Shown: one piece after another, positions 1 to 9,807 of the stretch | Position numbering within the stretch: position 1 is the stretch's first letter | How the letters are laid out: the number at the start of each line of letters is the position of its first letter | DNA from: Candidatus Bathyarchaeota archaeon | GTDB taxonomy: Archaea; Thermoproteota; Bathyarchaeia; Bathyarchaeales; Bathycorpusculaceae | Length of the DNA stretch: 64,000 nt | Assembly (NCBI GenBank): GCA_963826715.1 | Contig: CAWGYA010000008.1 | Coordinates: 192,001 to 256,000 of the forward strand | Direction of reading: 5' to 3' | Position numbers and translations under genes: made by a program | Notes under the pieces: generated by a model | What the model was told of the DNA's origin: nothing | Databases searched by the model: none | The model's input: the letters and a program-made list of their open reading frames with translations, nothing else

Positions 1-84
1 TACAGTCTGGTTGAACTTCTTCTCTCCAGCTTGAGATTTTGCCTGTTTTATTGCTTCAGATATGGTCTTGGTGTCTAGGGGCAT
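1..84 (-). CDS. rpl1: 50S ribosomal protein L1 (5' part, runs off window)
   Basis: Manual translation MPLDTKTISEAIKQAKSQAGEKKFNQTV has the KFNQT/SV L1 N-terminal motif; lies directly downstream of rpl11. Confidence 0.9.
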   Translation of the reverse strand, partial: MPLDTKTISEAIKQAKSQAGEKKFNQTV

Positions 85-118
85 TTTTAAGCCTCGTGCC
101 TGTAGGGGATAAGAAACC

Positions 119-133
119 CATTATAAAAATATT
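119..133 (-). promoter_or_regulatory. Putative TATA box upstream of rpl1
   Basis: Minus strand ...ATATTTTTATAAT about 35-45 nt before the rpl1 ATG. Confidence 0.4.
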
Positions 134-142
134 CGCCCAACA

Positions 143-631
143 TTAGTCGCTACCAAATAGGTTATCATAGGTGCCAGCATCGATTTCGCTCTGGACTTCT
201 CGGGGGTCTTTGCCTTCAACGGTAACGCCTAAACTCACACATGTTCCTAACAACTCTTTGGTTGCATCCTTTATAGTTAAAGCCAACAGTTGGGGCGCCT
301 TGATTTTAGCGATTTTGAGAATTTGATCCATGGTCAGATCGCCTACTTTCACACTATTAGGAGTGCCTGAGCCTTTCTCAATTTTTAGTTCGGCAACAAT
401 GAGCGCGGACGCAGTGGGGGTACCCACACTAACCTCAAATGTTTTGTCTTCAGTGTCAACACTAATCTTTACAGGAACCTTCATTCCAGCATATTCTTTG
501 GTGACTTCATTGATTTTGTTGACTATAGCAACGATGTTGACGCCTAATGGACCCAAAGCTGGACCCAGAGGTGGACCGGCATTGGCTTGTCCGCCGCTCA
601 CGATTAATTCTACAACTTTCTTTTCGGGCAT
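143..631 (-). CDS. rpl11: 50S ribosomal protein L11
   Basis: [18 protein letters not shown] motif; synteny with spt5 and rpl1. Confidence 0.98.
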   Translation of the reverse strand: MPEKKVVELIVSGGQANAGPPLGPALGPLGVNIVAIVNKINEVTKEYAGMKVPVKISVDTEDKTFEVSVGTPTASALIVAELKIEKGSGTPNSVKVGDLTMDQILKIAKIKAPQLLALTIKDATKELLGTCVSLGVTVEGKDPREVQSEIDAGTYDNLFGSD

Positions 632-645
632 TCTTTATTTTCTCC

Positions 646-1119
646 TTATGCTTTTGCTTTTTCTACAAGTTTTACATAGTCTGAATGTACTGTTATTGGC
701 AAAGTGAAGGTTGCTTCCAACAACTCCAAGGTAACTTCGCCTTTGGATTTGTCAAGTCTTGTAATTTTAGCTCGCATACCCTTGAAGGGACCACCAGTAA
801 TCTCGACAACATCATCTTCACTAAGGTCCTCCATGACGGGTTTGCGAACGATGTAGCGTTCGATTTCGTTAAAGCTAATAAGTCCAGGAATTCGAGAGCG
901 GACATGCCTAACGCCTGAGATAGCTTCCTCTACAAGGTGAGGTCCATCTGTTTCGATGAAAACGTAGCCTTTTAGTGTATCGGGTACTAGAAGAGACTTG
1001 ATAGGGATATGGTTCATTTCCACTTTTGATCCGATAAGCCGCGCTACGTTGCGCTCTTGCCCAGTGGTTGTTTTTACAGCGAAAATTTTAACGCGTGATT
1101 GCTCTTCTTTTTCACCCAT
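646..1119 (-). CDS. spt5: Transcription elongation factor Spt5/NusG
   Basis: NGN domain (TTTGQE, LKGYVFIE) plus KOW motif (VEITGGPFKG). Confidence 0.97.
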   Translation of the reverse strand: MGEKEEQSRVKIFAVKTTTGQERNVARLIGSKVEMNHIPIKSLLVPDTLKGYVFIETDGPHLVEEAISGVRHVRSRIPGLISFNEIERYIVRKPVMEDLSEDDVVEITGGPFKGMRAKITRLDKSKGEVTLELLEATFTLPITVHSDYVKLVEKAKA

Positions 1120-1133
1120 AAACTTTTTCCCTT

Positions 1134-1322
1134 CTAACCTGTTACTGTATTGGTTGCTCCACCTAAAGCGAAAGATAACAGTTTAATTATAAAGCCAATT
1201 AAACCGATTGCGCCGATGCCCAAAAGGCTGATTTTTACGGATAACCAAAGTTCTTCTCGGTCTGGTTTAACGGCTAGTTTTAATGTCCTAGCCGCCTGTG
1301 TTAACCAAGATTTTATACCCAT
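1134..1322 (-). CDS. secE: Protein translocase subunit SecE/Sec61 gamma
   Basis: RTLKLAVKPDREE followed by one TM helix; upstream of spt5. Confidence 0.93.
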   Translation of the reverse strand: MGIKSWLTQAARTLKLAVKPDREELWLSVKISLLGIGAIGLIGFIIKLLSFALGGATNTVTG

Positions 1323-1440
1323 ATTTATCGCACTCTCAAGATTTCATCAGCTATAATAAACATTACTGTGATGTTTAGGTTTAAAAAACTACGCTGCCCA
1401 GACTTTTAAACGTTCCCAAAGACTATTTCGGATGGTTCGC

Positions 1441-2280
1441 CTAAACTTTCCGGTATGGCAACCCCACGGTTTCCAAGGCCGATAGTAGATCAGGTTTATC
1501 TTCGCTTTTTATTCCTTTCCAATCCAAAAGAACCAATGGAACACGCCCGCAAGTTTTCACGATGCACTGGCGCAGCATGTCCTCGTCAAGTTGGGAAACG
1601 GCGTATTTGGGTACAATGTGCCCAAATACAGCTTGTCCCATCAATGCCATCAAAGTGAACTTGTGGTTGTAATGAGTTCCACCAATACCTAAATTCGCCT
1701 CCGCTCCACTACACCTAAAATTTGCTACAGCCGCCATTGCTGAATGCGCTACAGCCTCAGCAGCCTTTACATCACTCCATTGTACCTCGGAGCTACCCAA
1801 CTCTACAAACATGGTTGGAACATCTAAACTCGGACCATGATGAGTGCACTCGTAAGACACCTCGTAATTAAGGTTCATGGCTTCTTTGCAGCGGAAAAGC
1901 TCTTGCAGAGCAATCTGCATCGAGTCAGCTGGGGCAACAGCAAGAGTTTTGGGTAAACCACCGAGCTCGGCTTTCCCAAAGTTTCCGGGAGCATGAACTG
2001 AGAGTGTGGGTTTGCCACTTTGGCTACTATGACGAGAGAGAAAAACGATTAAGTCTGCGCTAGGAAAGTCAACTTGAAGATGCTGGGCGTAAACAGATTC
2101 TTCATTGAGTGTAATGAAGGTGATTTGTTGCCCGTTAATTTCGGCATTGAAAATTGGGTTTTCTTGGTAAGTTTGGCATGTTTTTATGAACGGATATTGA
2201 GCAAGTATAGCTTTAGCTATGTTTAAACCTGCAACATCGAGATTTGAGTGAACAAGCAATATCAAATTTAACGCACTCAA
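1441..2280 (-). CDS. dtdA: D-aminoacyl-tRNA deacylase (archaeal DtdA)
   Basis: SRHSS..PTLSVHAPGN, ECTHHGPS, FVELGS, GIGGTHY motifs. Confidence 0.93.
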   Translation of the reverse strand: MSALNLILLVHSNLDVAGLNIAKAILAQYPFIKTCQTYQENPIFNAEINGQQITFITLNEESVYAQHLQVDFPSADLIVFLSRHSSQSGKPTLSVHAPGNFGKAELGGLPKTLAVAPADSMQIALQELFRCKEAMNLNYEVSYECTHHGPSLDVPTMFVELGSSEVQWSDVKAAEAVAHSAMAAVANFRCSGAEANLGIGGTHYNHKFTLMALMGQAVFGHIVPKYAVSQLDEDMLRQCIVKTCGRVPLVLLDWKGIKSEDKPDLLSALETVGLPYRKV

Positions 2281-2390
2281 TTAATTCTATACGTAAGATC
2301 TAAAAAGTTGTTCGGATCGTAACGGCAAAAGTAAGGTGTCCATAAAGCTTATTATTGAATGCTCGCTTGAGCCTACTGAAGGCGAAAAAG

Positions 2391-3302
2391 ATGCATTTGC
2401 TGAACTTCGGTGAACTTTCAGGTAAAGATCTCTCAGACCTTGTTGATTTGGGATTGGAAACTAAGAAGAACCCCAAAAAATACCTGAAAACTTTCGAGGG
2501 AAAATCGGCAGCCCTGATTTTCCAGAAAACCAGCACTCGGACCCGCGTTTCTTTCGAAGTCGCAATGACTCAACTAGGCGGGCATGCCCTATTCATTGAT
2601 TGGCGAACCACCAACTTCACGCTTGCAGAGATATCTGATGAAATTGCGTATCTTTCACGCAATGTTGACTGCATCATGGCACGGTTGCTTTGCAACTCAG
2701 ACTTGCAGAAAATGGCGATAGCTTCCTGCGTGCCAGTTATCAACGGTTGTGATGAAAAATATCATCCAAGTCAGGCTTTAGCGGACCTAATTACTATCAA
2801 AGAGAAACATGGTAAACTAAAAGGGGCTAAACTTGTTTACATCGGTGTGCATAACAACGTCACTAACAGCCTAATTGAGAGCTGCAGCAAAACAGGTGTG
2901 GAATTAACTACTGTTACACCGATCTTTAACGAAGCAGCAAGAGATTCCAAGTTACTCTCTGAAGCTAAGAAGACTGGACTTTGGAAGTCAACTCTAGACA
3001 TAAAAGAAGCAATTGCTGATGCCGACTTTGTTTACACTGACACATGGATTGACATGGAATTCTTCACTGATCCAAAATTCGCCGATGAAAAAGAAAAACG
3101 TCTTAAGATCATGGCACCCTACCAAATTAACAATGACCTACTCAAAGACCGCAACGCTTACATTATGCATGATATGCCCATCCATCGAGGCTACGAAATC
3201 AGCGCAGAAGCCATAAACAACCCTAAATCTGTAATCTACCTTCAGGCAGAAAACAGGCTCTACTCGGCAAAAGCGATTTTTCTAAAGTTAATGCATACTT
3301 AA
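2391..3302 (+). CDS. argF: Ornithine carbamoyltransferase (divergent DME/HDMP type)
   Basis: STRT carbamoyl-phosphate motif, HPSQ, QAENRL; start may lie a few codons upstream. Confidence 0.85.
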   Translation: MHLLNFGELSGKDLSDLVDLGLETKKNPKKYLKTFEGKSAALIFQKTSTRTRVSFEVAMTQLGGHALFIDWRTTNFTLAEISDEIAYLSRNVDCIMARLLCNSDLQKMAIASCVPVINGCDEKYHPSQALADLITIKEKHGKLKGAKLVYIGVHNNVTNSLIESCSKTGVELTTVTPIFNEAARDSKLLSEAKKTGLWKSTLDIKEAIADADFVYTDTWIDMEFFTDPKFADEKEKRLKIMAPYQINNDLLKDRNAYIMHDMPIHRGYEISAEAINNPKSVIYLQAENRLYSAKAIFLKLMHT

Positions 3303-3367
3303 TTTAGCTTCAAACACCCTTACTTTTCATTATACAATTTGAGTCTATAAACCCTGGAAAGTCATAG

Positions 3368-3844
3368 TTATTTTCTGTTGGGCTCCCAACGATGCTTAGA
3401 GCCTGAACCTCGCGGTTTCTCTCCCTGAAAACCACAGCCATAACATTTTCCATTATGCACTGAAACGACGTCGCCACAATTTGGGCAATAATATCTTTCA
3501 GCTTGACTAAATAGGAATGCAGCTATTCCTTTTTCTTTGATTACTTTTTGGTTTTCAACCATACTCATCCCGTAGCGTGAACGGTAATATGCATCTAATT
3601 TAGTTAAATGCTCACAGGGCATATCGGCGCATTCAAAACAGAAGCAAATTTGATTTTTTCTTAGTTTCTCACAGTCTCTTTTTATGAAAGCACAGTTTTT
3701 GTTCCTTACCCGGCAGCCTGTGCAATGGTACACTTTTCCTTTCTGGTATGGTATACCCCTTGAGTAGGCAAGATAGGCTTTGCATATTCCGCAGTTCATC
3801 CCGCAGGGCGCAACTAAATCCACCGAAAACTTTGAGTCAGCCAT
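3368..3844 (-). CDS. DUF3795-like Cys-rich protein
   Basis: APCGMNCGIC ... CTGC ... CFECADMPC plus C-terminal CPNCG zinc ribbon. Confidence 0.8.
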   Translation of the reverse strand: MADSKFSVDLVAPCGMNCGICKAYLAYSRGIPYQKGKVYHCTGCRVRNKNCAFIKRDCEKLRKNQICFCFECADMPCEHLTKLDAYYRSRYGMSMVENQKVIKEKGIAAFLFSQAERYYCPNCGDVVSVHNGKCYGCGFQGEKPRGSGSKHRWEPNRK

Positions 3845-3986
3845 GATTATTATTTGCTCTTGATATAGTTAATTACTTTGCCTTCAAAAGTGTTTGAAAT
3901 CTGTGTTTTTAGTTTTATGTTCCGTTATCGAATAAAAAATAAGAATATTTTTGAGGCACAACTCTATACTTACATCTAGAATTTGT

Positions 3987-5216
3987 ATGACTGATAATGA
4001 ACCTCTAGTTTTATCCCCAAATGTTTTTTGGGTGGGAGTCAACGACACAGAAATTCCTCTTTTTGAAGGACTCTGGGATATTCCTGAAGGGGTCTCCTAT
4101 AACTCTTATTTAGTTAAGGGCTCTGAGAAAACTGCTCTCATCGACTGTGTTCACGAAAGAAAAGCCCAAGAGCACTTCCAAAAAATCAATCAAATAACTG
4201 AAATCTCAAAAATAGACTACTTAATCATCAACCACATGGAACCAGACCATACAAGCGCAGTGCCAGAGTTTCTCAAGTTGGCGCCCAACGCCAAAGTAGT
4301 CTATACTCCAATCGCTCAAAGTATCTTCAAAAAATTTTATAAAATCGACCCCTCCGCAATTCTCACCAAAGGAGACGACATGACCCTCTCTTTAGGCGGA
4401 AAAACACTTCGGTTTATCCAAACGCCCTGGCTCCATTGGCCCGAAACCATGAGCACATACGTCCTTGAAGATAAGATTCTGTTTTGCTGCGACGCTTTTG
4501 GAGCATTCAACAAGCTACCCAAGGGCGCCATATTGGAATCAGAGATGGACGTCGATAAGCAGGATATCTGTTCCTGTTCACAGAAGTATTTTGCCTCAGT
4601 GTTCAACGGCCAACGCGAATGGGTTCTAAAAGCAATAGAAAAAATTGACAAAATAAACTTAGAAATCAACGTTTTAGCACCAAGTCACGGTCCAGTCTTC
4701 AACCAAACTTCAAAACAAAAGCTAACCGATTGGACAAACTGGAGCCGGGAAATCTACAAAAAAACCGTAGTAGTGGTTTACGGCTCAATGTATGGAATGA
4801 CGGCACAATGCTTAGACGCTATTACAAAAGGCGTCAATGAAGCTGGAGGCAAAACTCAAACTTTTGATCTCTCAAAAGCAAAATCCGTGGACGCTTTAAC
4901 TGCCTTAGTTGAGGCCCCAGCGTTAATCATCGGTTCATCAACCTATGAGCACGAAATTTTCCCCAAAGTAGCCGATTTCATAAACATGCTGAGAGTAAAA
5001 AGGTTCTCAAACCGAATTGCAGTAACTTTCGGAAGTTTTGGCTGGAGCGGAGAAGCAACAAGAAAAATCGCTGCAGACTTAACAGCTTTAGGTTTCGAAT
5101 TGGCTGGACTACCACTTCCAATTTATGGAAACCCCACAGAGGAAGACTTAACGAAAGTTCAGCAACTTGCTAAAACCGCTACAGAGAAAGCTTTCCAAAA
5201 ATATGATGTAAAATAA
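3987..5216 (+). CDS. fprA: Flavodiiron protein (FprA family, O2/NO reductase)
   Basis: HMEPDH, HWPE, CDAFG, PSHG diiron ligands plus flavodoxin domain (GSMYGMT, FGSFGWSGEA). Confidence 0.93.
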   Translation: MTDNEPLVLSPNVFWVGVNDTEIPLFEGLWDIPEGVSYNSYLVKGSEKTALIDCVHERKAQEHFQKINQITEISKIDYLIINHMEPDHTSAVPEFLKLAPNAKVVYTPIAQSIFKKFYKIDPSAILTKGDDMTLSLGGKTLRFIQTPWLHWPETMSTYVLEDKILFCCDAFGAFNKLPKGAILESEMDVDKQDICSCSQKYFASVFNGQREWVLKAIEKIDKINLEINVLAPSHGPVFNQTSKQKLTDWTNWSREIYKKTVVVVYGSMYGMTAQCLDAITKGVNEAGGKTQTFDLSKAKSVDALTALVEAPALIIGSSTYEHEIFPKVADFINMLRVKRFSNRIAVTFGSFGWSGEATRKIAADLTALGFELAGLPLPIYGNPTEEDLTKVQQLAKTATEKAFQKYDVK

Positions 5217-5404
5217 CAAAACCCAACGAAGACTACATTAAAAGTACAATTCTACAGATTAGATTGTGCTTCGGAGTATTAATCACTATTTGCCTACATA
5301 ATTCTAAAATTAGTGTTGGAAAATCCCTGATAATTTTTTACCTCTTGTTGGTTACTGTTAATATAGAGGGTCTTAATTAATTTAATTAGCTGAAGATTCA
5401 GCTA

Positions 5405-6330
5405 ATGGGTTTGATAGAAACTGAAAATTTAACAAAAAAGTTCACTGATTTAACAGCCGTAGATAACGTTACCCTACGAGTTAATGACGGAGAAGTTTTT
5501 GGCTTTCTTGGACCGAATGGCGCAGGAAAAACCACTACTATTAGGATGCTTTGTTGCCTAATTTCAAAAACAAGTGGAAGCGCCACAATAGGCGGGTATG
5601 AAATCGGCAATAAAGAGGGTTCTTTAAAGATACGTAAAATGATTGGGTTGGTTCCTGATAATGTCGGGCTATCTGAACATCTAACCGCTTACGATAACCT
5701 AGACTTTTATGGAAAAATATATGATTGCTCGGAATCTCAAAGGAAAGAAAGCATTAAACGGTTCCTTGAGATGTTGGGTCTTTGGGAAAAGAGGAATGCT
5801 TTGGCAGGAACCTTTTCAAAGGTATATGCAAAAGTTAGCCTATTGTAGCGTGCTCTTATTCATGTTCCAAAGTTTTAATTTTGGATGAGCCGACGGCGAA
5901 CTTGGATCCTGAATCTGCGAAGACAGTTAGGGATTTTATTCTTGAATTGAAAAAGCAGAAGAAAACTATTTTTCTAAACACTCATAACCTTGATGAGGCA
6001 CAACGGATTTGTGATAAAATAGGAATACTCAACACCAAGCTCCGTGTGGTAGGAACCCCAGAAGACCTTGAAGAGGCTGTTAAGGGTAAGAAAACCGTTA
6101 TCTCATTAGAACAAGTTAACGAAAAAATTCTAACTGCTTTGAAAAAACTGTCACTTAAGAATTTGACTATTGAGGGAAATAAGGTATCGTTTGATGTGTC
6201 AGACCCAGATAAGGAGAATTGGGGTGCTGTTGAAGCTTTGGTTTTAGCGGGTGGTCATGTTAACACAGTTAATGTTGTTGGTTCCTCTTTAGAGGATGTA
6301 TATTTGAAGCTTGTAAGGGAGTCAGCATGA
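5405..6330 (+). pseudogene. ABC-2 exporter ATP-binding subunit, split by several indels at about 5818-5880
   Basis: Walker A GPNGAGKTT in 5405..5848 and Walker B LDEPT in 5881..6330; the signature region between them is scrambled but recognisable. Confidence 0.85.
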
Positions 6331-7069
6331 GATCATCTAAAGCGTGGATTGTAGCAGCTATGGACTTCAAAATATTTAGGCGCGTAAAAAACGTTTGGTA
6401 TTCAATCATCGTCTTCCCCGTTATCATCTCGGTTCTGTTTCCGGTGATACTGGAGTATTTAGCATTAAGGGGGAGTCCTGGACTCTCAGCCCCTAGTGTG
6501 CTTCCAAATTTGCTTAACTCCTTTTCCTTCTTTTTAGTTATAGGTGCAGCATACGTTCCCTTGGGAATTGCCTCCTACAGTATAGTGGGGGAGAAGGTGG
6601 AGAAGAGTCTGGAACCGCTTCTAGCTACGCCCCTTACTGACGGAGAGATCTTGCTGGGAAAAGCCATTTCCGCAGTTATTCCAACTTTAGTGGCAATGTG
6701 TGCTGCTGCGGTAGTTTTCATGTTGGGTGTTGATGGGGTTACTTTCAATACTCTTGGCTACTATTATTTTCCAAACTGGAACATCGCCACTTTGCTGTTA
6801 GTTCTGATGCCAGTCGCCATTGTCATGAGTGTTCTGTTCAGCGTCATCGTTTCATCAAAAGTTAATGATGTACGCAGTGCTAACAGTTTTGGAATTTTTA
6901 TTCTCTTCCCCCTCCTTGGCACATATTTTGCCAGCGAGTTAGGCATAATAACTCTTGACGTAAACGGTCTGCTTATGATCTCAGGTATACTTTTAGCGGT
7001 TGATGCGGCGCTGTTCTATGTTAGCACAGCAACTTTCCGAAGGGAGGAAATACCAACCAAAGGAAGTAG
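6327..7069 (+). CDS. ABC-2 type permease; likely native stop TAG 7067-7069 bypassed by a 1-nt deletion
   Basis: SIVGEKVEKSLEPLLATPLTDGEILLGK motif, about 6 TM helices; ORF track reads through to 7316. Confidence 0.8.
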
Positions 7070-7103
7070 CAAATATGCAAAAGAAGAGGGCGGAGGTGGA
7101 ACA

Positions 7104-7316
7104 GTGGACTGGAGTAAATACTACCAAACCAACAAGGGGAGACTCCTCGGAATTGGAGGAATACTAATTCTGGTAGGCCTTTTTCTCTACTTTGGGAGAG
7201 GAAATGACGCACGTGTGCTCATCTTACCCGCAGTTGGAATAGTATTGTTCATTGCCGGAGTCATTTATAAGCCACACCAGAAAACGACAGAAAATATCGC
7301 CAGTGAGAGATCGTAG
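7104..7316 (+). CDS. Small 2-TM membrane protein (70 aa), read in the ORF track as fused to the permease
   Basis: GGAGGTG Shine-Dalgarno at 7092-7098 followed by GTG at 7104. Confidence 0.65.
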   Translation: MDWSKYYQTNKGRLLGIGGILILVGLFLYFGRGNDARVLILPAVGIVLFIAGVIYKPHQKTTENIASERS

Positions 7317-7463
7317 GTAGAATTTTCAACTCAATGGGCAGCTTTCAGTCAACCCCTTTTAATTTACAAGTTTAATGATGTTTGAACATTAAATCAGCTT
7401 GCGCTCGAAAATTCACTGATAAGAATTGGATTTATAGGATACTTGCTGATCTTGTTGTTGTCG

Positions 7464-8228
7464 CTATGTTATATTTTCAATGTCTAATGTAGCGATGTAT
7501 TCCAGATTTTTAGGCGAATTCTTATTTCTCGAACTATCAAAAACAAATTTCGGTTTCAAATTATGATGTTCTGCCGCAAGTTGCAAATGACAAAGAGCTA
7601 TACCCATATTGACAGGATAGTAACTACCGCCAGCGATAGCTCTAAGAAAGCTAGACTTAGACGAATAAGCATGAATTGATTTCTTGTTGCCAGTAAAATA
7701 CCAGTTTTGCAAGTTTACAGCAGATGGAGCAAGACGAACTGGTTCTAACAATTCATTGATATTCTCAAGATCTGTGATATCAGAAAGGGATTTTCTTTTA
7801 AACTCCTCAACACTGGTTCTATATAGTGTTTCCTTTGATTTTCCAAACGACATCAAAACAACGAATTCAAGATTTGAAGACTCCGTAACCTCTTTGGTTG
7901 GTTGCGGCAGTCCCAACCAGCAACTGCCTAATCCAATAGCTGAAAAATAGAGGTCCATTTGTTGAAGCATATACCCTACGTTGACTTTATAATTGTCTTT
8001 AGTTTCCGAGAAAGCTGCAATATAATGTGGAGCATTAATTCTGAGTTTTCTTGTTACCTGAGTTGGCGAAATTATCTTGAACTCTGTTTTGATTCCAGTC
8101 AATATTGGCTTTAAAGAGTCCAAGATATCTGAAAGCGGTTTTAGGAAGTTTTGGTCAATTGGAGCAGGATCATATTTTCTGATTGACTTACGTTTGAAAA
8201 TCGCGTCATAAAGTTTATCCGCATTCAT
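7464..8228 (-). CDS. Nitroreductase family protein (tandem domain)
   Basis: AIFKRKSIRKY, GLGSCWLG, RLAPSAVNLQNW motifs. Confidence 0.9.
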   Translation of the reverse strand: MNADKLYDAIFKRKSIRKYDPAPIDQNFLKPLSDILDSLKPILTGIKTEFKIISPTQVTRKLRINAPHYIAAFSETKDNYKVNVGYMLQQMDLYFSAIGLGSCWLGLPQPTKEVTESSNLEFVVLMSFGKSKETLYRTSVEEFKRKSLSDITDLENINELLEPVRLAPSAVNLQNWYFTGNKKSIHAYSSKSSFLRAIAGGSYYPVNMGIALCHLQLAAEHHNLKPKFVFDSSRNKNSPKNLEYIATLDIENIT

Positions 8229-8351
8229 TTCCTCACGCTCAAATAAATGTCAAGCTAGCGGTGGTAAAAGCTTATCTATGCTGACCACCACGAAAATCCA
8301 CCAAAAATTATTTCATTATTCTAAACTAAAATCGGCAGCCCCTAAAAAAAA

Positions 8352-8855
8352 TTAAACATCAGATGGTAAAGATTTTGCACCTTGCCCTATTTCATCACAC
8401 CAAGTCTTTATTTGTAGTTCAGTTTTTTCTTGGTCCTTCATAGGTCGAGTAAAGCCACACTCGCTAACAATGCGCTTAGCGGAAATAGCTGATCTCATAT
8501 TTTCTAACGATTTTTCAGGTTTATTCCCATCCAAAGTAACAAACAGAGCTACGTCCTTTTCTTTAAAATCATTGGTAACTATGAATTTTCTTATAGCGGG
8601 AGCGATTTTCCCTGCCCAGACTGGAGATCCAATAACAACTAAATCATATTCTTCAATTGATTTTGAAACTTCAATATCAGTTAATTTTTCTCGCATCGCA
8701 TCACTTCCACCACCTATAAAACCAAGCCTTCCATCCCTGTTTTTCTTATCAGTTATTGCACATAATTCTGCATCTAACAATTGTGAAATTTTTTCAGAAA
8801 TAAATTTAGTATGACCAGTTCTTGAATAATAAGCTACCAATGTTTTCATTTTCAT
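8352..8855 (-). CDS. Flavodoxin family protein
   Basis: YYSRTGHT FMN loop, YDLVVIGSPVW. Confidence 0.88.
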   Translation of the reverse strand: MKMKTLVAYYSRTGHTKFISEKISQLLDAELCAITDKKNRDGRLGFIGGGSDAMREKLTDIEVSKSIEEYDLVVIGSPVWAGKIAPAIRKFIVTNDFKEKDVALFVTLDGNKPEKSLENMRSAISAKRIVSECGFTRPMKDQEKTELQIKTWCDEIGQGAKSLPSDV

Positions 8856-8949
8856 GACCTCAGTTATTTAGCGCATAATGTTTCTTTTTATGTTTTTCCT
8901 TAGTAGACTAAAGTAAAATGTTGATTTGCTGAAGGATTTTGTACTTTAA

Positions 8950-9201
8950 ACCTATCTTGACAAGATATTTCAATCTAGGACTGTTCCTTGCGCTGTTTGA
9001 GCAGACTTACAGGTAATTGCTGCAGCCTACAACTTTATTTTCAGATGCAGCACTACTCTCAGGATTTAGGCGTCCATGAGCCCTTTGGCAGGCTTTGCCA
9101 CAAACTTGACACTTTATACACTTACTTAAATCGACGTCAAAGTACCCAAGTAAACGTAAAACTCTTTTTTCACCGTTGAACCTTAAGTCTAAAAGGTACA
9201 T
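8950..9201 (-). pseudogene. Decayed 2x[4Fe-4S] ferredoxin-domain fragment
   Basis: CIKCQVCGKAC intact; second motif degenerate and interrupted by a stop (VVGCSNYL*VCSNSA). Confidence 0.5.
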
Positions 9202-9402
9202 TTAATGCTTGAATTGTAGCAGTGGAATTATATGCTTAGAGTTATCAACCGCTCCTCTGATCAGTTAATTAGAGGACCAAAATACCTCAATTAAGAAAAA
9301 TGAGAAGATTTCAGCTAATAAGTATGGGCATAAATAATACCCTGAGTACCTAAAAATAGGTAACTAAGTACATAACTAGGAAATCCAGTGTAGGTAACCA
9401 AT

Positions 9403-9807
9403 ATGGCAAATAGTAATGAGAAGAAAGTTGGATCTTCTTCAAAGCTTATCGACGAGAGAATTCTGGAACTAGGCGACTGGCGCGGAGAAACGTTAGCTAA
9501 AGTGCGCCGACTCATCAAGGAAGCGGATCCCGAAGTAGTTGAAGAGTGGAAATGGGTGAAACCAACTAATCCTGGGACGCCGGTCTGGTCACACAACGGC
9601 GGAATCTGTACAGGAGAAACCTACAAGAATGAAATCAAGCTTACTTTCTTTAAGGGGGCTTCAATAGATGACCCCGCTCACCTCTTCAACCAACCTGGGA
9701 CCGTCAGGCGCGCTATCGACATACATGAAGGAGAGAAGATTGATGAAGAAGCCTTCAAATCTCTAATTCGTGCTTCTGTGAAACTAAACACCTCTAGGTC
9801 TCACTAG
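9403..9807 (+). CDS. DUF1801 (YdhG-like) protein
   Basis: DWRGETLA..VRRLIKEADPEVVEEWKW, TFFKGA motifs. Confidence 0.88.
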   Translation: MANSNEKKVGSSSKLIDERILELGDWRGETLAKVRRLIKEADPEVVEEWKWVKPTNPGTPVWSHNGGICTGETYKNEIKLTFFKGASIDDPAHLFNQPGTVRRAIDIHEGEKIDEEAFKSLIRASVKLNTSRSH

